DNA of 64,000 bases, from the NCBI GenBank assembly GCA_054600435.1, contig BAAIJX010000014.1:372001-436000 (forward strand), written 5' to 3'. Of the stretch, positions 26,940 to 39,201 are shown piece after piece; the first letter of the stretch is position 1; each line of letters opens with the position of its first letter. Under the pieces are notes generated by a model. That model was not told the DNA's origin. It saw only the letters and a program-made list of their open reading frames with translations, and searched no databases. This stretch comes from Neophaeotheca triangularis (lineage: Eukaryota). Made by a program: the position numbers and the translations under genes.

Positions 26940-28753
26940 ATGGACGTGCTCAACTTGCTTCGGATAACTTCTGCCGCTGTGCAATATAACAACTACCTAC
27001 TCACGCTGCCACTGGGCTCCCTCAGAAATCTTATGAACAGGCTGCCGCAGATGACCTACGGTATGGTATCAACATCAGTAGCTGACTCTTTCGAATTATT
27101 TCTTCACGGTGTCTTATGGCTGGCAACTTCGGCCCTCAACACTTTCCACAGTCTACCTGGGTCTGCGGTAATCGGTCGTTAGTGCGCTCCTCCCATCAGA
27201 ATGATTTGGTTCGCAGTTTAGTCGAGCTTCTCCTGGCTTTACTTGCTCTGCGTTATATCCTGGGCACACGATACGACCCGAAAAAGAAGGGCAATTACGT
27301 CCCTCTGAGCGAAGTGGAGATCGACGACCTAGTCGACGAATGGAGTCCGGAGCCGCTTGTTGAAGATAAAACCCGAAATGCGCATGCTTAACCAAAAGCA
27401 AGCCGTACTATACCTCGATGGAACACCAGGGCCAAAAACGAAGTTGAGTAATGGCAGGGTGGTTACTAATCTCGCCAGCTGCAATCACCACAACTTCTCG
27501 CGAGACCAGAACCTCATCGACACTGCGGTTGGAACGATACGGCGTAGGGCCTTGCTCTGCTCCGAACTTTTAAGGGACATTTGATGTCCACTTGAAGCTT
27601 GAGCAGGACATTGCTGAGCGCTTCGGTACAGAAGGCGCGATTGTTTGTTCGCAGAGTTTCTCTACTATCAGCAGTGTCATCTCGCCTTTTTGCAAGCGAG
27701 GCGACATTGTTGTCGCGGACCGAGCGGTAAATCTTCCTATCCGTACTGGAATCCAGGCCTCAAGGAGCATTGTGCGATGGTTCAAACACAATGACATGGA
27801 CGATCTAGAAAGGCTGCTCACTCAGCTAGTCAAAGAGAATAGACCATTAGCACGACGATTTATCATCACTGAGGCGCTGTCTGAATACGCTGGCGATATG
27901 GTGGGCTTGCCTGGACTTCTTGAGATCAAGGAAAAATACAAGTTTCGCATCATACTGGATGAAACGTAAGTTTCCAAATGAAGCTGCTCTGACTTTCGTA
28001 TCGTCGCTGATATCAACCAGATGGTCGTACGGCATTCTCGGCCAGACCGGTAGAGGCTTGGACGAGTTGAAAAACGTAGACGCAACCAGCATCGACATCA
28101 TCGTCGGCAGCTTGGCAGGATGCATCTCCAGCGGCGGAGTCTTCTGCACAAGCGCGGCGCTCATGGTCGAGCATCAGCGCGTCAATAGTCCCGCCGTGAC
28201 CTTTTCGGCCTCGTTACCCACATTCCTAGCTACGACGGCCTCCGAGGTGATTTCGCAGCTTCAATCAGAGCATGGTGAGCAGGCGTTGAGAACCTTGCAC
28301 AGTCGCACTGCCGCGCTCCGCCAACCATTGACCCGGAGCGAATGGATGCAATGCACTCACTAGTGCTCCGCAGAATCCAGTGATCATTTCAAGGCTGAGG
28401 GACGGATACGTCCAAGAGCTGGACCTTACTTGCTCCGAGCAAGAAGCGATACTACAGGACTGCGTCGACGATGTCAGTAAGCCGCAGCGTACGCCGGTCG
28501 AAATCCCTCCGCTGACGATTAGCCTCAGTGCCTCTCGAGCCACAACATTCTGGTCTCACGCCTCAAGAGCTTTCCACTCATGGGCGGAATGTCTCCACGA
28601 GATGCAGCCAAGGAGTGGTCACCTCGCCCAGCTTTCAAGGTGTGCGTTACTTCAGGTTCGACGCAGAAGGAGATAGAGCGCGCAGGGACTGGGATACGAC
28701 ATTCAGTCGCTGCGGTGATGAAGAGACCGAAATGGCAAGCGAAGAGAGCCTGA
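26940..28753 (+). pseudogene. LCB1: Disrupted serine palmitoyltransferase subunit 1 (LCB1-like); start uncertain
   Basis: LCB1 motifs [63 protein letters not shown]; frameshifts near 27180, 27370, 27537 and 28358; in-frame TAA 27571-27573; two introns retained. Confidence 0.88.
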
Positions 28754-29826
28754 GGTTGTTCATTTGACGGTAGTTCCCAACGTTTCTCGATGTTTTATAG
28801 AGTTGGAATGGCTCGGCACTTGCAGCCCCAGGGGTCGGCGGAGGAATGCCCTTCGTAGAACCATCGTACTTGTACCCAGTATCAACTCTGCCCTATCTTC
28901 AATCGCAGCTGCGGTTTTCAAGCTCCATCCATTCTCCCGTTCGCAGGCCCTCGTTATGTCGCCTGGCATCCGAGTACCCTGAAACGACTCGCACCTTGGC
29001 GGCCTCCATCGTATCGCCTTTCGAAAACGCTGCTATGACTTTCCTTCCGCAAGGGCGCGAGTGCATCATCCCAATTGAAGCAGCTTAGCTGCCGGAGAAG
29101 TGAAAAAGTTCTCCGTACCGCGGCGCCCCGGAGAGCGCGCAGTAGGATGATGCATGGCTGAAAGATAGAGAGACGGCTGGTGGGTTCTCCGTATCCAGCT
29201 ACTGTGTTGTTGTCAGCTGATTATCGAAAGACGCGGTGTTTCAGGGTGGAGAGGGGGGAATGAGAGCCTCGAAAGAGGCGACCTAGCTATGCTCCATCAC
29301 TCTTCATGTCATTAACGAGTAGTACACATTCAAATACTGTTGATGAATCAATAGGTTAGCGAATGGCTCTCAGATATCAGTGGGAAATGGTCAGGGGCGA
29401 CTTATTGTTTCTTCTCTAGTGTCCACGCAGCGTCAGTTCTAGGTCGACTGCCCGCCTACATGCCATCTCCATCCCCTATCGGTCCTAGGGTCGACTGCCC
29501 GCCAACTTGCCCCTCTCTTCTCCTCATGATGCGCTACATTCCAGCATCCATTGGTACTTGCCCCAATCGGCGGTTAGCCTGCAATTCTCCCTGTCCCGTA
29601 CCTTACCAAGTTCTCCGGAGCCACAAGATAGTCGGTCGTTTGGCGCAAGCACCGCACGAAGTAGCGGTCGGCTGGCTCTGGAGGTGTTAGCTTCTCGGCG
29701 AACGTATAACCGTGGGCTTACAGTTCGATGGCTGGTCGGCTTGGTAGTCCTTCATGTAGCGGTCCCATCGAGGGCTTGTCGCGTCGTGGTTGTTGATGCT
29801 TTGCCGACGCCGAGAGGGACCTGGGC

Positions 29827-30751
29827 CTACTGCCCCTTGGCCACACTGGCGTAGCTCCGGCAGGCTTGGACGACGAGTTTTGGTGATGGTGGTGCTTGAA
29901 GGGGTATCGAAGGAACTGGGTCCAAGCACACTGGGGTCTCGAGCTTCTGCCTGCAGATCTTGCCTGATGCCGGGGACGTCGAGCGAGGCCTCTTCAACGC
30001 CGATCCAGACGAGCTGGGCGACTGTTTCCGATGCGTCGCTTGCATCAGGGCCAGCGACTCTCGACACAGAATGATGGAGCCCCGGGCGGTCCGACATACA
30101 TTCATGTGACGTTGGTCCTTCAGCATTGGGAGCTCGCCCTGTAAGAACTGTTGAATTTGCCATAAGAGTCTTCCAAGGGATTGCGAGATCAAGCGGCACT
30201 CAACTTGTCCATCCCAACGCTTGAGATTGCAGGTCTCAATCCAAAAAACACCATCGAGCTTCGCCCAGCTCTTGGTTCTCATCTGCGCTGTACCCTCCAG
30301 CTTCAACGTCGGCTTACCATCCGAGAATGGCTTGCTCCCGTTTCCACCGATGGGCAGCACCTGGTGTCGCAGGGGGTTAGATGGGTCTGGCCACTTCTCC
30401 GAGGGAGCCCTTGTCTTGTTGGTGTCCTTGTCGTGAAACCTAGCAGAGTCGTCAATTGACTGCAAGAAGTCGCCAAGGACGACGAATCCAGTAGACGAAG
30501 GTATAGACTTACCCAGTCACCTGGCAACATTGAGCTAGACTCCCAGACTCCATTCCCTGGAGGATTATCACCGGGTGCCCACAGGCATCCTCGCTCATCC
30601 ACTTCTGGTCTCCCATTAGCTCAGAACGGGCATACGTGCCTTTTGGCAGCCAGGCGAATAGGCCCTCTAGGTTCTCGGCAGGTACGAGCGACTCAATGAC
30701 CTTACGACGCCACTGGGGCGCCGGAGAGGCAGGGACTATGGCGCAAGCCAT
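29827..30751 (-). CDS. Hypothetical protein (exons 30751-30513, 30439-29827; 283 aa), possible PemK/MazF-like fold
   Basis: ATG in GATACG-ATG-G context; GTAAGT donor, TTGAC branch and TAG acceptor give a phase-2 join of two open frames. Confidence 0.65.
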
Positions 30752-32960
30752 CGTATCTGTGGTTCTCGGTTGTAGTTATGAAAGTTTCTTTAGCAGTTAA
30801 TGGTAGTGGCTTGCCTGAACGTGTGTTCTGTTTGTATAGCGATGCGAGATCGTGGGGAGAGAAAGACGAGCGTGAGGGCGCCGGGAGAAAAGCGACTTAC
30901 TTGAGCAAAGATGCATCGCAGCTTTCTCAGCGAGAAAACGGTCAGCATGAATATGGGCCAATGAATTTATGGCTGATGGTCGATTAGGCTTTGCTTACGA
31001 GTATGTTTGTCTAGGCTTGAAGCAGTAGAAACTAGGCAAGCTCCGGGTAGATCTGAGTTGAGATTGTATCCCAGTGGTCTGCTACTATGAAGAAGATCAG
31101 GGCTGTTGGCCGTCTTCGACAATCTTACCTGTAATGTCTTGCGCCCTTGTGCCGCCCGGAGACAGATTTTTCGCCCAGGGAGGCCATACTCTAACAGTAT
31201 CGCGGCGCAGTAAAGACGGTAGGACCCCATGTCAACGGACTGGCATTAGGTGGACAAAGGGTCGAGAGAGCGACACGAGACAGTCTTACCTGTTCTTGTG
31301 GCCTTGGTGCGCCGAGAAGGAATGTGTCTGCCTTATGAGACTATAGCGAGTGATCTCCCGGTGGGCAGAACAGTGACCCCGTAATACGGTGCGCGCGGCA
31401 GTGAGAGCCATGTTTCTGGCGGGGCGGGAACAATCTCACGTACCTCTTTCCTAATCTCTATGCGCCGAGAGCCGCAGCATCTATCATCACGAATCCTACC
31501 GGCAGGCTCTCGGCGACTTGAGAAACCACTTACCTCACACCTATCTTCAACCAGAGACATTGCTGCTTCTACGGAACCAGTGTCTCGGAAACCATCTTGC
31601 CCTTTGTCCTTTTGTCTTAGACACGCCCGGACAGTATTGTCTTGAGGCTGTGCAGGTTTCTGGCGACCAAGTCGCCATAGAGTTTTCCCGGTAGTTCCGA
31701 ACGTCGATACGCGGGTGGTCAGCATCGAGCTGGAGCACCAGGTAGTATGCTGACCGTACAGATCATAATCCGTAGCGGGGCCAAAGTTGCACGGGCAGCC
31801 GGGAAGTAGCTCTTAAGCCCGAGACTCTCGTGAAAGCTGACACTGGTAGATGTCGGGAGCAAGGGAATGTGGAGTCTGAATCTTCTTGGTGATGCTGGAG
31901 TCGGTGGTGTGTAGAGGCAACAGGCAAAGCATCTGTGTCTGGCGAGATTCGATACGTGGGTGACAGCCTGTTCGCCGGCAGAACCGGGGTCTGTCCATAA
32001 GTAGCCCAGTCAAGCTATGGCGGTGCAACGAGAATATTTCAGAGCCACCGCAGCATATACCCACTGTCAATGGTAGCAGATCGCGCACATGGCCCTCTGC
32101 GATGTCTTCAAGGAAAGCAGACACTGCTCTCCCTACCGTCTACTCCGTCGCATCCAATGACTGCGCAGGCTTCCCGACTGTATCATTTGTGCTTCTTTAT
32201 TATTTCGGAATCCATTTATTTCATCCGCTTCCAGTCCAATTAAGTCCCCAAGTTCCTTCCAAGTATCGGAGCCATCGGTCTCGTAAATTCTCATTCAGGC
32301 AGAATATCCAGGAAAGATGCCAAGACGGAGGAATCCAGCGTTGAAGCCAGCGCAAGTATGTAGAACTCTCAAAGCGAGCTACCTCATGCTCTCGACGACC
32401 AGGGCAATCCAGATTGTAGACTTTCTACTAGGTACCACTTAGATGCCAAAGACAGAAAGAGGCAAGCTTTGGAAAGAGTACCTAGTAAAGTCACATCAAC
32501 AAGAAGACATGAAGTCGGCTGCTCATCACATTCACCATCGAGGGCCCTGGTTGATTGGGTAAAGCGGCGGAGCGGACCGTCCTCTACCATTGTTCGAGTC
32601 GCGTGGGTGTCGCAAACACGGTGAACAGGAGATGGAGGTTGGAGGATGAAAAGGCCGGGATAGACTTGGGCCCTGGGGGGAGGCGAGCTTTTAAGAATTA
32701 TCTCGGTGTTTTGGTCGACGGCTCCATCCTATCCCTACGCACTGTCCTGTAAATATGACCAGGCCCGAGACATTTTGGTACCTCACCTTGGTCTCCGTGA
32801 TGATGTTTGAGAGTGATTGTTCGCTGAAGAGCCTTGGAAACAGGATTTTTACAGTCAGGTGACCCAAAAGATCTTGAGATAGACAGCAGGTCTCGTCCAA
32901 GATTTCGTACACATCTTCTAGCGCTCAATGTCGTCAGTATCATGTTTCTTGCAGTCTCCT

Positions 32961-35096
32961 CTAAATCGCACCCTCCTCCCCCTCAAGCCTTCTCAACTGC
33001 TCCTCCGCGTCCTCCGCCTCATCCGCATCACCACCTTCAACCTGCGCCATCAACCGCTGCTGCAACTCCACCATCCGCCTAGTCCTCGCGGCAATCTCCT
33101 GCTCAGGGACGCCAGACTCTTCGATGCGGCGCTCAATCTCCTCTTCGCTCGGGTGCTGCATCCGCGGGACCTCGCCGTCGGCGGCACCATCGCCTTCACC
33201 CGCTGTGCCTGCAGGATTGAGCCATGGAAACAGGTTGCCGAAGAAATTGTACAGGCCCTGGAGTTCGCCGAGGTCTTGGGCCGGGGAGCGTGGGCCCGTA
33301 GGTTGAGGGGCGGATGCTGAGGCGCGGGAGGGCGTGTAGGTTGTTATTGAGTCGGCTGGGGGCAGGGGGTCGGAGGAGGAGGTCAGCCGGGCGGTCCATT
33401 TGCGTGGAATCAGCGATGTTAGGGCTGGAGTGTCGGAGAGGAGGACGTGGCGGGCTTCGCGCTCAGTGATTTCTTCCGTGTCGGCAGGCGCGGGTTCTAT
33501 GGTGTCGGGTGGCAGGGCGGAGGCGATTTCTAAGAGTAGTGCGGAGGTCTCGGGCGTGTTCCAGAGGTCTTTGGCCCGCGTGGCGTAGAGCTCTGTGTGT
33601 AGTTTCTCGCGCTCGGTTCGGGGTTCTTTGCCCCAGACTGCGGGTGGGGGGTCGAGGGAGAGTTCTTGCATCAGACGTGCTACGACCCAGGGGAAGCGAC
33701 CGACTGCTGTGAAGAGAGCCTGTTTGCCTTTACTCTGATTGCCGGCGCGGTGCTCGGCTAGAGCTTGTGAGATTTGGATGTTAGGTGTGCTGTCGTGGAT
33801 GGCCTTAAAGACCACGTTGCGGCTAACGTTGAGGAAATCGATGTCCTGTCTGGCGCGCAAAGCGTACTGATCGAGCACAAGCCAGAGATTGTAGGGGTCG
33901 TCCTCCGGCGCGAGCGAGAGGAGAAGCTTGGCCCATTCGTACACTGTACGCCATGTTGCGCGCATAGTGAGGTTCTGCATATAGCGCCAGCCAGCAAGCC
34001 AGAATTCGCGGTTCTCTGGTCTCCTGAAATCCAGCCGTGCCTTACCCTCGGCCAATGATTTCGCAAAGGTGCTGTGCACAGCCCTGCCGAAGCTGAATAG
34101 AGCGCGCTCCAGTAGATCGCCCGAGGTTGCGTGGTCGCGGTCCTGCTTCGCTATCTCCGAGACTTGAAGCAGCGTGCTGATGTGGTAAGGATTATGTCGC
34201 AGCAGCATTACAAGCCTATTAGGATCCATCGACGCCACGCACGTCTCGAACTGCGATTGGACGTCCTGGTAACCACCATTATGCGCATACCGGTATTCGA
34301 TAGTCCCGTCCGCATGCTTCTCCACAACCTCCATACTCAAGCCTCCTCCAGTAGCCGCCGGCCACTCCTCCTTTCCCTGTATGAAGATGTTCCTCCTCAA
34401 ACTCAACGAAGCAAGTCCACTTCCCCTGCCCCCTTGAGCATGCTGCCCTCGCAATTGTCCAGCCAGACCCATCTGCTGGCCCTGCCGTTGCCGCCTCCTA
34501 TTTCCACCGCCGCCTCCTCCAGCGGCCGCACCGCCCGCACCACCCTCCTCATCATCCTGAGCATCCAGCGCAGCCCTCCCAAACAACCGCCGCATCTCAT
34601 TCTGAGCATGCAAATGCGCAGTATCGATCGCCAGCAAGCTCGAAGCCTCATTAACCACCGGATCCGAACCCGCACTAGTCGTCGCAGGGGCAGCAGCATT
34701 CCCGTTACTTGTGGACAGCTGCCTCAAAGCCTCGTCAATCTCATCCACGTCCTTCTCAACAGGCGCCTCAGCGGGTGCCTTCGCCTTGGCCTTAGCCTTC
34801 TTCTTCTTCTTCTTTTTGCCAGCAGATTTCGGCTGAGCCGGAGCTACAGGCATATCATCCACCTTACCATCGTCTTCTTCCAAGTCGGATTGTGCGTTTG
34901 CGTCTTCGTCATCGTCGGCCGCTGTCTCGTCCTCGTCCACCTGGTTCAGCATCTCGAAAGCACTCTTTTTGGCCTGCGGAAGCGAGACGCCGGCGTCATC
35001 TTCTTGCTCGTCCTCTTCCTGTTGTCGTTGCAGCTTCTTCGCTTGCTCCTGTTCTTCGCGCTCACGCTGAGCTTTACGGAGAGCGCGCGATGACAT
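32961..35096 (-). CDS. RQC1: Ribosome quality control subunit Rqc1/TCF25 (711 aa, intronless)
   Basis: MSSRALRK start; NEMRRLFGRAA; NPYHISTLLQVSEI; DLLERALF; RLDFRRPENREFWLAGWRY; EWAKLLLSLAPEDDPY. Confidence 0.93.
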   Translation of the reverse strand: MSSRALRKAQREREEQEQAKKLQRQQEEDEQEDDAGVSLPQAKKSAFEMLNQVDEDETAADDDEDANAQSDLEEDDGKVDDMPVAPAQPKSAGKKKKKKKAKAKAKAPAEAPVEKDVDEIDEALRQLSTSNGNAAAPATTSAGSDPVVNEASSLLAIDTAHLHAQNEMRRLFGRAALDAQDDEEGGAGGAAAGGGGGGNRRRQRQGQQMGLAGQLRGQHAQGGRGSGLASLSLRRNIFIQGKEEWPAATGGGLSMEVVEKHADGTIEYRYAHNGGYQDVQSQFETCVASMDPNRLVMLLRHNPYHISTLLQVSEIAKQDRDHATSGDLLERALFSFGRAVHSTFAKSLAEGKARLDFRRPENREFWLAGWRYMQNLTMRATWRTVYEWAKLLLSLAPEDDPYNLWLVLDQYALRARQDIDFLNVSRNVVFKAIHDSTPNIQISQALAEHRAGNQSKGKQALFTAVGRFPWVVARLMQELSLDPPPAVWGKEPRTEREKLHTELYATRAKDLWNTPETSALLLEIASALPPDTIEPAPADTEEITEREARHVLLSDTPALTSLIPRKWTARLTSSSDPLPPADSITTYTPSRASASAPQPTGPRSPAQDLGELQGLYNFFGNLFPWLNPAGTAGEGDGAADGEVPRMQHPSEEEIERRIEESGVPEQEIAARTRRMVELQQRLMAQVEGGDADEAEDAEEQLRRLEGEEGAI

Positions 35097-35478
35097 GATT
35101 GCGACCTTTCACCCCTCTCCACAGGGCGGTTAGTGATGGAGGTTCGTGGAGGTGCCGGAATGCTGCTTCGTATGAGCTCGACGTGGTTTTAAAAAGCGAC
35201 ACGTCTTGCGAAAGATGCAAAAGAGCTGCAGAACAATATTGACCGATCAAGGTAAAAGTGCAATGGAAGCGTGCAGCTTTGGGGCGTGAAATTGTCCATC
35301 AATGACCTCATGCAAACAAGATCGGAAAGTGAAAGTGGAGGAGTGGAGGGACAAGATATTCTTATCTAATCTAATCAAAAACGTCCATAGTACGCCACTG
35401 CCCCCTGTTTGTTGAGGTGCTTCCATCTCCTCCCAGGTTGTCTACAGGTTCACAGCGCAGTTCCCTTTCGGAATCTCC

Positions 35479-36046
35479 TCAACTATTCACCGCCGACATC
35501 TTAGCCTCTTTCAAAGCCGACGAAACATTCCCCGTCTGGCACATCCACTGATAACTCGAGTCGTGCACAAAGATATCCCCGATACTCAACATCTTCTGCT
35601 CGAGCTGGTAAGTCAAGTCCCTGCGAATCTCCATATAAGACTCCTCCTCAGCGACATTGAAAAGCTCAAAAGGATCCTCCTGCGTATCGAACATCTCCCA
35701 CTCCTGCTCCTGGCCATCGGGGCCGGTGCCTTCAAGCGTGTAGTTCAAATTGTACCAGTAGGTGAGCTTGTATCTGTCGTCGCGTACGCCGTAATGAGCG
35801 TAGGCATGGTGGATCATGTCGTTGTGCATCCAGTACCGGTGATAAGCGACTTTCTGCCAGTCGGTGGGCGTGGTCCCCTGCATAAGTTGGCGGAAGCTGA
35901 AACCTTGCATCTGGCTGGGCTTGGTGACGCCGGCAACGTCGAGGAATGTTGGCGCGAAGTCGACGTTTTGCACGATGCCGTCGATTACGGTGCCGGGTTG
36001 AATCTCGGCTGGGTAGCGCGCGAGTAAGGGCATCTGGAAGGATTCC

Positions 36047-36078
<32 letters not shown>

Positions 36079-37080
36079 TTCGCCGAGGAAGAAGCCTTGG
36101 TCGGATGTGTAGACGATGAGAGTGTTGTTGCGTAGAGCGGGGTCCGAGTCGATGTAGTCGAGCATTTGTCCAACGCCATCGTCGACGGCTTGAACGGCGC
36201 GGAGGTACCGCTGCATGTAGCGCTGGAATTTGAACTCGGCTAGCTCTTGGCTAGTTTCGAAGGTGAAGACTTCCGCCGTATCTATATCGATGAGCCTAAT
36301 GTCCGAAACATTGTCGTCGTCAGGGTTGGGAATCTTGCGCTCTGTTGTCCATGAGCCCAGGGGTTCACCAACTTCTTCGCCGCCTGTTGGTTGGGCCAAG
36401 CCAAGATCGTAGTACGTTAGATCGTCAGCAACACGCATGGCGGCAACGCTTGCGGCGTTGGCTCGGTTCTTATAGTCGTCGTTGAAAGTGTCAGGAAGCT
36501 GAATAGGATCGGTGTACAGGTCCGCGTGCTCTGGCTTGTACTCCCAGTTCCTGTGTGGTGCCTTGTGGTGGCACATGGCGAAGAATGGCTTCTCCGGGTC
36601 CCTGTTATCGATCCAGTCGAGTGTCTTGTTCGTGATGATGTCGGTCGCGTATCCTTCGACCACCACATCCTCTCCATTTTCGATGAACGCAGGGTCGAAG
36701 TAATCTCCCTGACCAGGGAGGGCACTCCAGTAGTCAAATCCGGTTGGCTCGTGTTCAGGGCCTTCGCCCAAGTGCCACTTTCCGAAGAAGCCTGTCTGGT
36801 AGCCAGCCATCTTGAGTTGTTTGGCGACGGTGGGCAAGCGGTTGTCGATCTCGTCGTTGAGCGTGAAGACGCCACTGACATGGTTGTGCATTCCAGTCAA
36901 GATGGTAGCGCGCGAAGGTGTGCAGATCGAGTTGGTAACGTAGCAATGGTCGAACCTCGCGCCTTCGGCAGCCAAACGATCAAGATGAGGAGTGCGGTTA
37001 ATACCTGCGCCGTATGCTGAGATTGCTTTGGCAGCATGATCATCCGCCATGATGAACAAAATGTTCGGTGGGACCTTCAT
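35479..37080 (-). CDS. Formylglycine-dependent (S1) sulfatase, 533 aa, intronless, no signal peptide
   Basis: PNILFIMADDH, CTPSRATILTG signature, [36 protein letters not shown]-like box at 37183-37190 (-). Confidence 0.95.
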
Positions 37081-37812
37081 GGTTGCTGACTGTGTCGATC
37101 GTTGCTAGGCGTCCAGAAAATGAGAATGGATATGCTTGGTAGGAAGCGTCCATGGCCGCCGACCTGGGGAAAGTCTCATGTTATTTATACCGTTTGCTAG
37201 GTGCTACTGCCTCCCACTTGCTCTGAAAAGTTCGAAGATTGCCGCTCGCATGCTCCGTTGCCGTATCCACGAGCTCCGCAGAGACCTCGCATGGAGACAA
37301 GGAGTCAAGGACCCAGAGGCCCCGCAACAGCAGTGCTCCGGGGGTGGGAGTAGTGCAAAGCTACTACCGTCTGCCGAGTATGAAAAGCCTGTTCGAGTCA
37401 ACATACGAGAGAGTGAGAGGCACCTAGCAACTATTGCCGTTCTGTGTTCGGATGCGGCTTCAGAAATGCTGCGGATTGGACTGATGATTGAACAATACAT
37501 CTTGGCGCCATGCTTTTCCTACCCACAGCCCCGCAGTATAGGTAGGTAGCTGCGATGTGGACGGGAGCATTGGGGTGGGGGACTGTGGGGATATCCAGCA
37601 TTTACATTGGGTAGGGAGGGGAGGTACCTATCCGTGGACACCTTAATAATTCTTCAAGTGGAAGCAAAGGCAACCTCAGAGAAGGCAAGTCCGACTGCCG
37701 GCCGACCACCCACCGACAGCCGCCTCGAGCTCTTTAGAAGGTACGGAAGATTACTAGTAGGGCTCGGTGAGGGTCAGCCACTACCTGTAGCAGTAGAGTC
37801 TACATACCCAAG

Positions 37813-37850
37813 TGGACATGTGGGCTCGTTACTTGGACATGTGGGCTCGT
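37813..37850. repeat. 17-bp direct repeat TGGACATGTGGGCTCGT x2
   Basis: Exact copies at 37813-37829 and 37834-37850. Confidence 0.9.
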
Positions 37851-39201
37851 AACGAGTCTCCTGGGCCACGGGGTGGAGGCAGTAGTTTCACTCAATCGGC
37901 GAACCCCCAACATGCTCAGTAATCAAAATTAGATCATATCCTCCAAGTACCATCGATGACTTTTAAAAGAACGATGATAGCTGCTATTGTGCGTTTCTCT
38001 CGACTCGTCTTTCGGTGGAATCACCCGTTGCATTAAGATAGTTCAAGCTTTTATGTCTTCTCAGTCTTCGGCAATATTCGCTTTCAAGTGCCTTGATCGC
38101 AACGCCCGGACGTGATACGACATGAGAGCCCCCAATGAGGCTGCGTCAAAGGATGATGCGATTTTTGGATAACACCGAAAGGATTCACAACGTGGAATGG
38201 AGGAAATAGACGACTCGAACTTCCCCCCACGACCTCCTACCATTGTTGTAGTCGCATTGGTGGGAACGGCCAAGTGCGCAGGGTGGAGGGGCGATTCGGA
38301 AGATGATGTGCTCACGCCGCATGCGCTTGCTACCCAGCGGCTACATATAGTTCCTCGACGTCTGAAGTCTGTCGGCAACATGTAGATTCAGATGCGGATG
38401 CGATGAGGAAGAAGCATCATCACTTTGCATGGCCGCTCGGTTGTAGTCATGATTCCATGAAGAAAGGGTAAAAGCTTCCAGATCCCGCTCTCCAGGGCTG
38501 CGGAGAGCGCCTTTTTTTGACTAACGTTAGCACCAGCCCAAGGTTATGATCTTGGGAGAAACGGATTTGGGACCGCCCCGATACCTACCTACCTTACCTT
38601 AGATAGTAGTAATAACGTAGGTCGGGTACCTAGGTAGGTAAGGGAGATAGGCTCAAACACGTGACGATAGATCAGCATCCCATTTCTCGGTTCAATTTCC
38701 GAAGTTGGCCGGAAGAGAACGAAAGCTTGAGACGCGGCTGGACTGGTCGATTCGGCTCTTGGAAACGCTTCTCTTCGCCTGGTACTACTACTATGTAGGT
38801 ACTATCGACCTTAACCAAGCTTCTCTACCCTGGTTATTTGCCGTGAGAAACACTCTGCATGACTCTTCTGTGCCGTGCTGCCTGCCCTATCTACTCCGAA
38901 GCAGCCACCACGGCGAAAAAGGTGCCATGAGGTACTCGAAGCAAGGTGTTGATCAGCTCCACTCTACTCTAGTCTCTGCCCAGTTTTGGTCCTTCTCCCC
39001 AAGGGACGGCTTGGACGCGCAATACAACGTGAGTGCCCTTGCAGCAGGTGATTGCTTGTCTCTCCTAGAGTTCTGTCACCTTTTCCTTCTCCCTACTCTC
39101 TACTACCGTGCCTAGCTGTCCGCGTTGACATGGACGAGCGCAACAACTCACCATCATCCTTTACCTGGAACAGCTGACGGCAGACTGAGTCGAGCGCAAC
39201 C

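Noticed and set aside
30780..32900. Short ORFs in the accessory region before RQC1
   Set aside because: No recognisable protein motifs or coherent exon structure
7959..37080. Possible sulfur gene cluster (metR plus sulfatase)
   Set aside because: About 27 kb apart with unrelated housekeeping genes between them
37502..37511. TTGGCGCCAT, a 9/10 match to the CYS-3 consensus ATGRYRYCAT upstream of the sulfatase
   Set aside because: One-mismatch hits are expected roughly once per 3 kb by chance; plausible but unsupported
38580..38645. Clusters of TACCTAC/GTAGGTA motifs
   Set aside because: Recur in many intergenic regions of the window as simple low-complexity motifs; no array or element structure
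38686..38704. GGTTCAAT B-box-like motif (also GGTTCGAT near 24059)
   Set aside because: No 5-bp T stem, acceptor stem or A box at a suitable position
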